From the NCBI GenBank assembly GCA_002256025.1, contig NKIB01012895.1, positions 48,487 through 68,486 on the forward strand: a DNA stretch of 20,000 bases, read 5' to 3'. The notes under the pieces are model-generated. The model was not told where the DNA came from, did not search any database, and worked only from the letters and a program-made list of their open reading frames with translations. Origin of the DNA: Asterionella formosa (taxonomy: Eukaryota). Of this stretch, positions 9,402 through 19,329 are shown in pieces. The translations under genes were made by a program, and so were the position numbers. Every line of letters begins with the position of its first letter. Within the stretch, counting starts at the first letter, position 1.

Positions 9402-10136
9402 CTAAGGGTTCAATATTGCATCTTCCAACCCCTTCACAACTGGTCGTACTTCTCCACTAGCATATAACCATTTTCCGAAATCATCCTTGATAAATTTACT
9501 TTTTTCAATGACTGATATGTTTGTTCCCTCGTCAATACTAGCAGTAGTAGTAGTACTTGTTGCTCCTTTCTTCATTCTCATGGTGACTTTGAATTCCACA
9601 TTTCCATCGTCGTCATCCTTGAGTATTTCCAAACCACAAAAATCAAAACTATCAAACATTCCATCTTTGTTCAATTCCTTGGCCCAGGCAATACGATTGT
9701 CGGAATACTCTCGACATGTGATATGTGTGGTATCCATAATATATGGAATCATGCGCCATGCAAAGGCAGTATATCGAGCTTGTAGTACTTGGCGTGGTGT
9801 GTTGATAGTAGTAGTAGCTGTTGTTGTTGTTGTTGTTGTCTCCAAACTAGGAGAAGAAGACGACGACGAATGATGAGGATAACAACAAGTCGCATAGGTA
9901 CTACCACTACTACTACCACATGGACATGGCAATGCCTTGGCGTTCTTTGGTAGTCGAGTCCTAAATGTTGCCAATGTTTCTTGTAACGTTGGAGGTGCCT
10001 TGCCAAATCCTTTGTTACTTGGACTGTTTTGTTTCGTTGTCTTTTTATTGGCAGCAGCAGCCAATGCTGAAGTAGTAGGTATGACTACAGCAGCAACAAG
10101 TAGAATGAAACGGAAACGAAATAATAATTTGTACAT
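9402..10136 (-). CDS. ychJ: YchJ-like (UPF0225; SEC-C-type Cys motif plus NTF2-like domain) protein with probable signal and transit peptide, 244 aa
   Basis: PCPCGS...YATCCYPHH, TPRQVLQARYTAF, YIMDTTH, VEF and EKSKFIK...GKWLYASG follow the YchJ motif order. The N-terminus is hydrophobic to TSA-L, then K/S/T-rich with KGFG. Confidence 0.85.
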   Translation of the reverse strand: MYKLLFRFRFILLVAAVVIPTTSALAAAANKKTTKQNSPSNKGFGKAPPTLQETLATFRTRLPKNAKALPCPCGSSSGSTYATCCYPHHSSSSSSPSLETTTTTTTATTTINTPRQVLQARYTAFAWRMIPYIMDTTHITCREYSDNRIAWAKELNKDGMFDSFDFCGLEILKDDDDGNVEFKVTMRMKKGATSTTTTASIDEGTNISVIEKSKFIKDDFGKWLYASGEVRPVVKGLEDAILNP

Positions 10137-11451
10137 GATGATGGAGTTGTGTGATTATGATAATTACATCGTATACGGTAGGTAGTGTCAGTCATAAGAT
10201 ACACTTTCATAGCCAATTATAACAAATATGATGAACGTATACCGGTAGTACACAGCAGGCAGGGGGCGCATCTCATACAAGAATATCGTGTGGAGCGAAG
10301 GTGTCAACGAGCGACAGCGAGCCAGCCATGGAGGACTCCTTTTGACATGTAGAAACTACGTAGAACAAGGCGTTGCTGAGGCAAACCATACTACAACAAC
10401 AGGCAGGCGTTGTCCAGCAGACTGAAAAATTGTATGTTAATCCTTTACCGGTATTTTCCACCCAACTCATTCATATTATGAAAGAAATGGAATTCGACTA
10501 TGGTGGTATTGTAAGATGCACTCACTGAGGGAATTTTGGAATACTCAGGACATTAAGGAACTAAAGGAAAGAAAAAAGAAAACTTTTGAACAAATGTTGT
10601 CAGGTTTCAGTGAAGGGGTAGATGGGGTGTGACAATGCGAAAATGGCCAAAACACTGGATACTTCGGAGGAGGAAGAACATCAAGTGAGCTTTTATTCCT
10701 CTTCTTGAGGTACAGGTACTATGTAGTAGCGATGATGATAATTGATTTAGAAATACATAACATGCATTACATGAGATCAGGTGTTGACTACATAGCATTC
10801 ATATTTTCCAATTTACAATTATGCTCCCTGTTACTCCTGTACTTTGATGTGAATTTCATTTATTTAATTATCATTGTGGCCCAGCAGGGCTTTAGTCTGA
10901 GATAAACTCATTACTAAAATACTTTTTCAGAGTACTAAGAAAGCATAATCACTTTGTGCATTCATAGAAGAGTTAATGGGAATATTCCCTTAACATTCTG
11001 ACCTGATGTTCTATTTCCGTGGGAAGGATACTGAGCTCCGCCCAGTAAGCAGGAACAGAGCTAGAGGGGCGGAAATGATCCTGCTGTGATGGCATCAGGA
11101 ACAATAAATGAGACGATGGAGCCCATTGACCAATGATGGTACAATATGTACTAGTACTTTGCTAGAGCTATGTAAATAGGTGTTATGAGTCCTATGAATA
11201 TATACAATATCATAGGCCCTTCTACCAAGACTATACTGGTATACTGATTCATACTCTTAATGTAGAGACTTACTCAATAAACACAGGTATTATAGTATGT
11301 CACCTGTGAAATGTGTGCTCCCATTAATGTTCACATGACTAGCACGCAAAGCGTAGTACATAATTATTCACATGAGATTGAACATGCTGACTATGTAACA
11401 ACTACTCTACATAGTAGCTAGTACATAAGTACTCTAAATAGATTGGAAATA

Positions 11452-11514
11452 GGGGAATGGCTTAGTTGCTAGCACACCCTTCTGCAGTGGCGGGTTCGAT
11501 TCCTGCATTCTCCA
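11452..11514 (+). ncRNA. Shortened tRNA-Ala-like element (pseudo-tRNA, tRNA-derived SINE head or Pol III ncRNA)
   Basis: Acceptor stem GGGGAAT/ATTCTCC with G3:U70 and discriminator A. T arm GCGGG-TTCGATT-CCTGC. A box-like TGGCTTAGTTG, B box GGTTCGATTCC, TTTTT at 11521-11525. Only 63 nt long; the anticodon arm is reduced to CAC-CCTTCTGCA-GTG. Confidence 0.7.
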
Positions 11515-13090
11515 CCTGTCTTTTTCATGTAGTCCCTAGGGTTCCGGGGTTTGCGGCTGACGAAAAGACAGTTCCTGTTGTACACCAACAAATGGATGAA
11601 TAAGACCGGTCATACTAATTGTGTCCATTTATTTGGGCCCAAGTGCAATTATTGGATAGCTTTAATGCACTATAAAATTCCATTGACATTTTTAAATAGA
11701 TTGGACATAGCATCACTGAACTACCTATTATCGTGCAACAGTTGGCACATTTCTAGACATACTGTGTATTATAAGGCTTACTATATAATGTTAACCTTCT
11801 TTCAGGCTCGACTTGTTCTTATTCTCATCATAGAGGCGGCTTTCACACCAATACACATGGTGTATGTATAAGTCAACCATATGTAGTACATATTATATTT
11901 GTACATGGGATTGATCATGATTAGTAAAGCAACAAGTAATGCCATGATGCATAACTTCTAGCATGTAGCTCATAGTACATATTGCATTATGTACCCAAGA
12001 CTAATATGACTAGTACGTCATAACTATTGGTACACATGTACCTCTAAATTAAATGTAGCAATGCTAGGCTAAATTCTAGTACTAAGTAAATACGAGTACA
12101 ACAACAGCTCATGGAACAAAAAAAGAAGCTCTGAGTACTCTTGACACCTAGTATTATGTAATTGGAACCTTCCCAGCATTATGGCCTGCTGTATGAGTCC
12201 CCAGTGATTCCCACTAATCATGCTGAGCTAATATAGATGCACTAATCTTTAAGTTCATAATTTATAATTAACTGCTCCGTATTGTTTGTAATAATCAATT
12301 CACAATAACAAACAAACAAGCACTTACTTAAATCCTGACAATCCTACTAGGGCACCAATTGCTGCACGGGTTGCTTGATCAAATACTTTGGTTGTTCCTT
12401 CACTTGAAAGAAGACAAGCTTCTTTCGAATTAGAGTGGGCAAGGTTACCACCACCATGAGCAAGTTTTGGGTGAAGGAGGCAGAGTCATACATTTAAGCC
12501 TGCCTCACAAAGTCTGACAAAAGTTACCAGTTCCACATCACATGCACTGGTACGGCGTACCTGCTCGAAGTCCTACCAGGTTCCACGGAGCTAGCAACCG
12601 ATGAATGTAGTTGGAGCTCGTACCGTTCGCATCACGGAAAGCAATCATGGTCCAAATAGTATGCTTCTGTTTGTATATATACAAAAGTTGCGGTCATTTT
12701 GCTCTAACTAACATTTTGATCTCGGATAAAGATAGCTAAATCTTTAGTTTCAGCAAAATTACCTCAGCTTGCAAGGTTGCTTCGTGCATCATTTACCGGT
12801 ACAGCTATCTTTTGATTGATGATATTGCTTCCACTCCTTATCTATACTGTACAGTAGCACCGGTAATACGACGTAGTGTACCGGTAGCAGTGTACAACGG
12901 TATAACGGTATAACGGTAAACCGGTGGTGAACACACGATCGAGTACTGCAATATGATAAAGGCGATGAATGCATAATATTATCGTTGGACAAATCCCCAT
13001 TGCCTGCAACCGTATTGTTCCAGTGTTGCTATTCGCTGCATTTCGTTGTTATTCCTTCCATTACCACACTTTATCGCTGAGAGATAATAA

Positions 13091-13106
13091 GAGAGAGAGA
13101 GAGAGA
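13091..13106. repeat. (GA)8 microsatellite upstream of GOS1
   Basis: Directly visible. Confidence 0.8.
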
Positions 13107-13280
13107 AAGATCATTGTGTGATTGCTTCTACCGTAATACCAACAAAGCAATCATCGAATCCAGCGTCCGACTCGTTCGACTACCATTGCGGCATCACTTC
13201 CTCTTCGACAACGTCGTGGTGCGGCGACGACGACGCCTGGTTCACTACTAGTTTACGACGACAATAACGAACATCCTATC

Positions 13281-14229
13281 ATGGAGGACTTTGATGCATT
13301 GAAACGCGAAGCTACCAAATTGGAACGCCATTTGGAAGAAAAGGTTGCCAAATATCAACAGGTATGTACCTATGTATAGAGTATACCTGATATGGTCCTC
13401 TGTACTAGACTATATATATAGTAGTTACCGTAGTACAAGTGCATGTCACGGGACTATTGCCATCGAGAAATGGCATAGTGAGATACTGGATACATACTAA
13501 ACTAGTACTACCCGATAGTACTTGTTGTCACTGGAGCACTCACTCAAATCTCTTTCTTTCACATACACACAGCTCGCTCAACGGGTATCCAACAATAAGG
13601 AGAACAGCAGCAACAACATTGACACATCCTTGGATAAACTCCTTTCCAATGCTGAAAGCGGCAGCATCATGATGCTCCTCCCTTTGGAGGAAGAAGCTGC
13701 CTTACGATCTGAAATTCAAAGAACTCTCAATGCTCTTAATGACTTATTACAAACCAAATTATCTCCAGCTGCCGAACGATCTAATAAATCACAACATGTG
13801 TTGCTAGTGAAACGATATCGTGAAATATTGTTTGATTTGACTGGTGATTTTAACAAAGCACAACAATTATGGACACGCAAACGTGAAGAAATGGAACTCT
13901 TTGCTGGAGCCAATGGCTTTTCCCTTACTTCTAATAATCAACAAGATCCTGCTATGGAACAATTGTTGAGAGAACGGAATCATATTCAAAATTCGTTGAC
14001 AAGCTCATCGGCAGTTATTAATCAAGCCATGGAAGTTCATTCTGATTTGAGACAACAAGGATCGTCTTTGAGGGGGGTGTCTGGGAAAATGGCAAGTATT
14101 ATGAACAACATTCCCGGATTGAATCGATTGGTGGACAACATTCGGCGTAAGAAAGGACGAGATGATATGATTGTATCTGGTGTCATTGCATCTTGTATTT
14201 TATTTACTTTGTGGTATGTGTTTGGATAA
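13281..14229 (+). CDS. GOS1: Golgi SNAP receptor complex member 1 (Gos1/GS28-type Qb-SNARE): join(13281..13361,13573..14229), ~245 aa
   Basis: Exon 1 MEDFDALKREATKLERHLEEKVAKYQQ, phase-0 intron, then LVKRYREILFDLTGDF, EQLLRERNHIQNS, IPGLNRLVDNIRRKKGRDDMI and a C-terminal TM anchor VSGVIASCILFTLWYVF, typical of Gos1/GOSR1. Confidence 0.92.
13362..13572 (+). other. Spliceosomal intron (211 nt, phase 0)
   Basis: CAG|GTATGT donor, ACTCAC branch point-like motif, pyrimidine tract, CACAG acceptor. Splicing restores the frame. Confidence 0.88.
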
Positions 14230-14570
14230 AGTGGGTGGAAATGGTAAAACAGAGAGACATTCAAAATAATAAAAAAATGTAAGAAGGACTAGATACCGGT
14301 AGTTTGGCATATATAAACATATATATATTTTTTAAACAAAATAATCATACATTGTAAACATATTTATACGGGATATTCAAAATGTTGCTTGGTATTCATT
14401 GATCCACATCGTACCATGACGCTTCGCATTGTCTATAATATATTGCCGGATCTATTCTCGTTGTTTCACAGTTGTTTTAACCAACATGGCATTGTGTCCC
14501 CAACAAACAAACAAGTACATAAATACCGGCACTACTTTGCCTTCAAATTAAATTATTATTTCGTCGTCAA

Positions 14571-17500
14571 TCACGCCAACCCGAGCGCTTTGAGACGTTC
14601 TGCATTCCGAGCCACTCGCTCCGCACGCATACGTTCATATTCACTTAACTCAATTTCTTCTTCGGAACTATCCTCATTGGATTGATGGTCTCGCTTTTTT
14701 GCCTTTTTACCCTCGAATATACCAAATGAAGGAATATTCTTGTCAATGTAGTAAATATCATTGGGAATGATCACACCTGAACTCATGGGAGAATCCATAG
14801 ACATCGGTTCCATAGCTGTCACATGGCCGGATTGGATCAAACCCCGAAGGACCCACCGCACAGCGGGGACTATGTAGGTGGAACGGATTTCCCAAACGAC
14901 TCCATCTGGTGTGCCATCCACAATGACACGACCAAGATATGGTGGAAACGAGTCATTCGCATACTCGCCATATCCACTCTCCGAAAATAGTTGTTTCGAA
15001 CAATGCTTGTATGATTTGGCATAGTACAATTCATGCGCCATTTCAAGTTGGGCTTCCAACTTTTTCCGACTTATCGCGACAAGCGGTTCCAGTGGTCCAT
15101 CATCGTTCGGAAGCGGAATACGACTATCATTGGGGAGATAGTATTCCAATGTCAAACCACTCTTGTTTGCCTGCTTTGATCCCCCTCTACCATCGTCTGT
15201 CGCATGAGACGCTCTGGCGGATCGGCGAACGGAAGACTTTTCTTCTTCCTCGATCAACCGTTGTAATTCTAGAATTTCTTCCATCTCTTCCCGTCGCTTC
15301 TTTTCTGCAGGATCTTCCTTTTCTTCACCCTTGTGGCGGCAGTTCCATTCTGGAGTCAAGGAAAAGAGACTGGGATCGGATATAATAGGCAACTCAGCGA
15401 AAGGCCCCTTCAATCCAGAGGACTCATTCAATACATTCTGCAAACGTAATGGCATCATCTTGGCCTGTAAAGCATAGTCCTCTTTGATGCTGCTTCCACC
15501 AGCCTTGCGTTTTCGGGAGCTCTCCCTAGTGTCACTTTCATAGTTCTCGTCCATGTCCACGTCGGAATCTAAATCCAAATATTGTTTATGGGCTCCTCCT
15601 CGCCGAGCCGATCCACCATATTCAGCGTCGTGCACTGCTTGGTCCAGCTTTTTGATCAAAGCCTTTCGAATCGATGCTGCTGTTTGATGGATCCAATCGT
15701 CTGGAGGATTGAATAAAATGGCATTGTCAAAAATCAAGATGGCATCATCTCTAAAAGGTCCATTCAACATCCGGGCCACAGCGGACCTCCCTCCACTGGT
15801 AGTTCCTGATGGAGCCTTGGAGTAAAGTCCATTTTCTAAATTGGTTTCCAATGTTGTAATATCCATGGGATGTTTTACAACAGAGAAGTATGTTGGAATT
15901 CCCAATGCTACAGGGTCCACTGGAGTCAAGAAGATATCTGATCTAGCATGATTCTTCAAATAGTTGACAATGGCTCGACATGCATCAAAGGCAGGCGACC
16001 CTTGATCATAATCGGACTGTAACAGTGTGTAAGTGGTCGTAGAATTTGACAAAAGGGGCTGACACGTAAGACTCCCATCCGATTCTTTTTGAACTGACAC
16101 CCAAAATCCCAATGCTGACTTGTCGAGTGAATCTGGCATGACCAATATCCGATGCTGTACCTTCGTCTCTCCTTCCACGGTACAATGTCCAGCCATAGTA
16201 CAGTGCAAATCGTTTCCGTCATTACCATGAATGGGTCGAAAGGTCATTTTAGTCCCCGCCAAACCTGATAATGGATGTTTCTTGTTGGATTGGTTACTAC
16301 TTTGTTGTTGCATTTGCCCAGCCAGGATTCCTGACTGGACTTGACCTTCGGTCAAAATCATCACCACAGTATTGTTGGAATCATCTACTGCTCGAAATCG
16401 AGCCCGACGCGAGACCATTGTCTCATCGTCTTCGGAAGGTATGGCAGGGCAGTAGTCTTGAATGGTCCACCATTGACACTGGCGTTGATCCATGGGGGGT
16501 CGAAAGATATGAGATCCAATGCATTCATGACCAGTGGTGAGCCATTCAATGGACGTGGGATCAAAATCCAATGCATCCATGGATTCAAGCGACCCCAGTC
16601 GTTCGTCTGCGGCTGTTGCAACTGTTGGAATGGAGCGCTGTGTCAAGTGTGTAACAATCAAGTGTCGGAGTTGCAATTCCGTCCGATGCAAGTCTTGAAG
16701 GTAGTTGAGGAGTGGTTCTAAGGGTGGTGGTGGATTTTTGTCTTCTTCCTCGTCGTCTAATGTCATGGTCAACAAGGGAAATTGAACCACTGCATCGCTT
16801 GATTTGGTAGTGACTCGACATTGTAATACTTGGCGACGTTTCCATACTAATGCTGCCAGGGCGGTGGCAAGTCGTGTCCCACCTGCCTCATCTCCAACGA
16901 GTGCTTCCAACGATGGCAGAGTATGATGTACCACTTGCCGGCACAAGCGCAATACAGTTTCCAAAAGTTGTTTCTGTGACATGTTGGATGGGGTTCCATA
17001 ATATACTCCAGTTGTTGTTACAACCCGACCAGACCGTCGTGATGTCACGTCTAATAGTTCTGATGGTGGTGGCTCACTTGCCACAGCTGCTGGCGCTTTT
17101 GTTGCAGAACTTTTCGCTGAAAGAGGAATCATATTTTCTGCTGTCCACATTGGCCACAGTGCACATCCCCCATGAATCCCCTTGAACCTCCAGGAGCTCC
17201 ATGCCTTGAGTTGTTTTTCCTTTTGTTCTATCATTGCTGTATCCAATAGAGTTTTTGGTTGGTTGACTGAGGAAACCAATGTATACGTGGATGACAAGAC
17301 GGTATCTTTATGGACTTTGGCCGCTGATGATTCCAATCGCAAGGGGCTGATTCGATCAGGAATTGTCATTTCTGGTGCAAGTTCAAGTTTCTTTTTCAAA
17401 CATGTAACAATAGGTCCCACCAAGTCTTCCAATCGCAATGATTTGATCCTTTTCCCTAAATACTCCACCATTCGTTTTGTGTCTGGTGGAAAGTATGGAT

Positions 17501-18683
17501 TGGTCAATACATAGTCAATGGATTCTTCTTCTTCATCGTCATCATCTGTGGTAGTCGCCGTTTCTGAATGATGTTCATTAGTATCATCTTGAACAACACT
17601 TTCCTTATTCTTTAAAATCCCAAGATCCTTGATACATTCAGGTTCTACTCCTTCCAATACATCCTCCTCCTCCTCCTCCGAGGGTGAACGTGTTTCATAG
17701 TCATCATCATCCTTTTCGTCGTCGTCATTTGTCTCATTTTCCTGCGATGAGGATGCTTCCACCAACTCTGATTGTGTAGCAGTAGCTGAAGTAATAGCTG
17801 TCGTTTCCATGCCGGACGATGATGATGATGGAATAGTAGTAGTAGTTGCTGTTGTTGTACCATTAGTAGTAGTAGCAATAGCATTTCCAATCCTCCAATC
17901 ATTGTAATACTGATCCAATATATAATTGGCAATTCTTCCTCCTTTTTGCCATATTCCTGGTTTTGCTAATGTCATTGTTGTTGCTGCTGTCATTGTTGTT
18001 CGTTGACTTCGTCTCATTTTAGGTGTTGTATAGTTGTTGTTGTTTTTAGAAAATGGTTTGGTAGAAGCATCATAGTCATAATGATATTGAGCTGCTAAAC
18101 CAATTCCTTGTTTCATACGTGACAATAGTGCAATTGGTGAAATTGTTGTTGTCAACTTGTTGTTTATTGATTTTGTTGTTGTTCCTGTGGTTGTCACGTT
18201 CAGAATGGATGTTGTGGTAGTAGTAGTTGTTGTATAATACAATGGACGTTCCATGGTTGTCATTGTATTATTGTTGTTGTTGTTGTTGTTGTTGATTTCA
18301 TGTTGTAAATAAAGAAACCATGATTCTTCCATCATGGCCAATAAAATAAAATGTGGTAAAAGAATGCTTTGAAATGTCGTTTCATGAACTTGATTGTATC
18401 GTTCTTGAACAACTGTTGCTAGTTCAACTGCAGCAGCAGCAGTCGTTGTTTTGTGACTACTGCTACTGCTACTATTGGTAGTAGTGGCAGTCAAAGACTC
18501 GATATCTTGTCGTGTCAAGACAATGGTGGAATCATTCCATTTCCACAATGATGGAATTCGACCATGTGATGGACGATACTGTGTCAAGACTCCTTCTTCG
18601 GCATTGTTATTGGTATTGTTGTATGGAGGATGCAATACAACAACTGTATCATTTACCAATGGACCTGTTGTTTGCCATTCCAT
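14571..18683 (-). CDS. Large bromodomain-containing nuclear protein, 1370 aa, apparently single exon
   Basis: Uninterrupted 4.1-kb ORF. Bromodomain at about 15645-15989 (IFLTPVDPVALGIPTYFSVVKHPMDITTL...FRDDAILIFDNAILFNPPDD, with the conserved Asn). Basic NLS-like runs SRKRK and KKAKKR. C-terminal LSEYERMRAERVARNAERLKALGL helix. Low-complexity T/N/D/E-rich N-terminal third. Confidence 0.9.
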   Translation of the reverse strand: MEWQTTGPLVNDTVVVLHPPYNNTNNNAEEGVLTQYRPSHGRIPSLWKWNDSTIVLTRQDIESLTATTTNSSSSSSHKTTTAAAAVELATVVQERYNQVHETTFQSILLPHFILLAMMEESWFLYLQHEINNNNNNNNNTMTTMERPLYYTTTTTTTTSILNVTTTGTTTKSINNKLTTTISPIALLSRMKQGIGLAAQYHYDYDASTKPFSKNNNNYTTPKMRRSQRTTMTAATTMTLAKPGIWQKGGRIANYILDQYYNDWRIGNAIATTTNGTTTATTTTIPSSSSSGMETTAITSATATQSELVEASSSQENETNDDDEKDDDDYETRSPSEEEEEDVLEGVEPECIKDLGILKNKESVVQDDTNEHHSETATTTDDDDEEEESIDYVLTNPYFPPDTKRMVEYLGKRIKSLRLEDLVGPIVTCLKKKLELAPEMTIPDRISPLRLESSAAKVHKDTVLSSTYTLVSSVNQPKTLLDTAMIEQKEKQLKAWSSWRFKGIHGGCALWPMWTAENMIPLSAKSSATKAPAAVASEPPPSELLDVTSRRSGRVVTTTGVYYGTPSNMSQKQLLETVLRLCRQVVHHTLPSLEALVGDEAGGTRLATALAALVWKRRQVLQCRVTTKSSDAVVQFPLLTMTLDDEEEDKNPPPPLEPLLNYLQDLHRTELQLRHLIVTHLTQRSIPTVATAADERLGSLESMDALDFDPTSIEWLTTGHECIGSHIFRPPMDQRQCQWWTIQDYCPAIPSEDDETMVSRRARFRAVDDSNNTVVMILTEGQVQSGILAGQMQQQSSNQSNKKHPLSGLAGTKMTFRPIHGNDGNDLHCTMAGHCTVEGETKVQHRILVMPDSLDKSALGFWVSVQKESDGSLTCQPLLSNSTTTYTLLQSDYDQGSPAFDACRAIVNYLKNHARSDIFLTPVDPVALGIPTYFSVVKHPMDITTLETNLENGLYSKAPSGTTSGGRSAVARMLNGPFRDDAILIFDNAILFNPPDDWIHQTAASIRKALIKKLDQAVHDAEYGGSARRGGAHKQYLDLDSDVDMDENYESDTRESSRKRKAGGSSIKEDYALQAKMMPLRLQNVLNESSGLKGPFAELPIISDPSLFSLTPEWNCRHKGEEKEDPAEKKRREEMEEILELQRLIEEEEKSSVRRSARASHATDDGRGGSKQANKSGLTLEYYLPNDSRIPLPNDDGPLEPLVAISRKKLEAQLEMAHELYYAKSYKHCSKQLFSESGYGEYANDSFPPYLGRVIVDGTPDGVVWEIRSTYIVPAVRWVLRGLIQSGHVTAMEPMSMDSPMSSGVIIPNDIYYIDKNIPSFGIFEGKKAKKRDHQSNEDSSEEEIELSEYERMRAERVARNAERLKALGLA

Positions 18684-19329
18684 AATGATGTTGTTGTTGT
18701 TGTCTCGTTCAGTTTGATGAAAGTTCAGTTTTATTTATGTTCAGTTTTATGAATCATTATGTTAATGGGAGCAGGAGTGGATCTTTGCCACACTAAGAGT
18801 ACCGGTTGTTTGGTGCTGTACTTTATTAGGCACGTTGTCTACGTACAAAAATATAAATAGGCACGCACAGCGGTATACCGGTATGTAGATATGGTAAATT
18901 GGAAAGTTTGCTCTGGCTGGACGAACCCCCTTTTTCGTTGACCCTTTGTTGGTCAAACGACATACCGGTGAGAAGCAAGAAGGATATATAATATAACACA
19001 CATAGAATCATACATCATAGATTGCTCGCTCGCTTCGCAACCTCCTCAAGACGAGACCATCGACATGGATGGCCAGCTGGTCATAAATCCGGGCGTGCAT
19101 ACAACTTCAGATACCGGTATATAATTTGACGTCTGTAGAACGAAATATTTTTTTCCAGAGCGAAACGCATGCTCGTTAGTTTATTTAGCTACCGGTACAG
19201 CTCTTTGGTAGTATGCACTTGCCACGGATGAAGGTCAGGTACCTGGCCAACGAAAATTAATAGCCCAAAACGATCAACATGTAGCTCTATTTAGCTGTAT
19301 GCTCGCCTAAATACCATACCGTAATTGGT

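Noticed and set aside
11452..11514. Functional decoding tRNA-Ala(UGC), or tmRNA
   Set aside because: About 10 nt too short with no canonical 5-bp stem/7-nt loop anticodon arm, and no tag reading frame between the acceptor halves.
13522..13572. ORF-track start of the SNARE (MLSLEHS...)
   Set aside because: Non-ATG start lying inside the intron; the true start is exon 1 at 13281.
14389..18717. Nested and antisense ORFs over the bromodomain gene
   Set aside because: Shadows of the 1370-aa frame with no independent coding signal.
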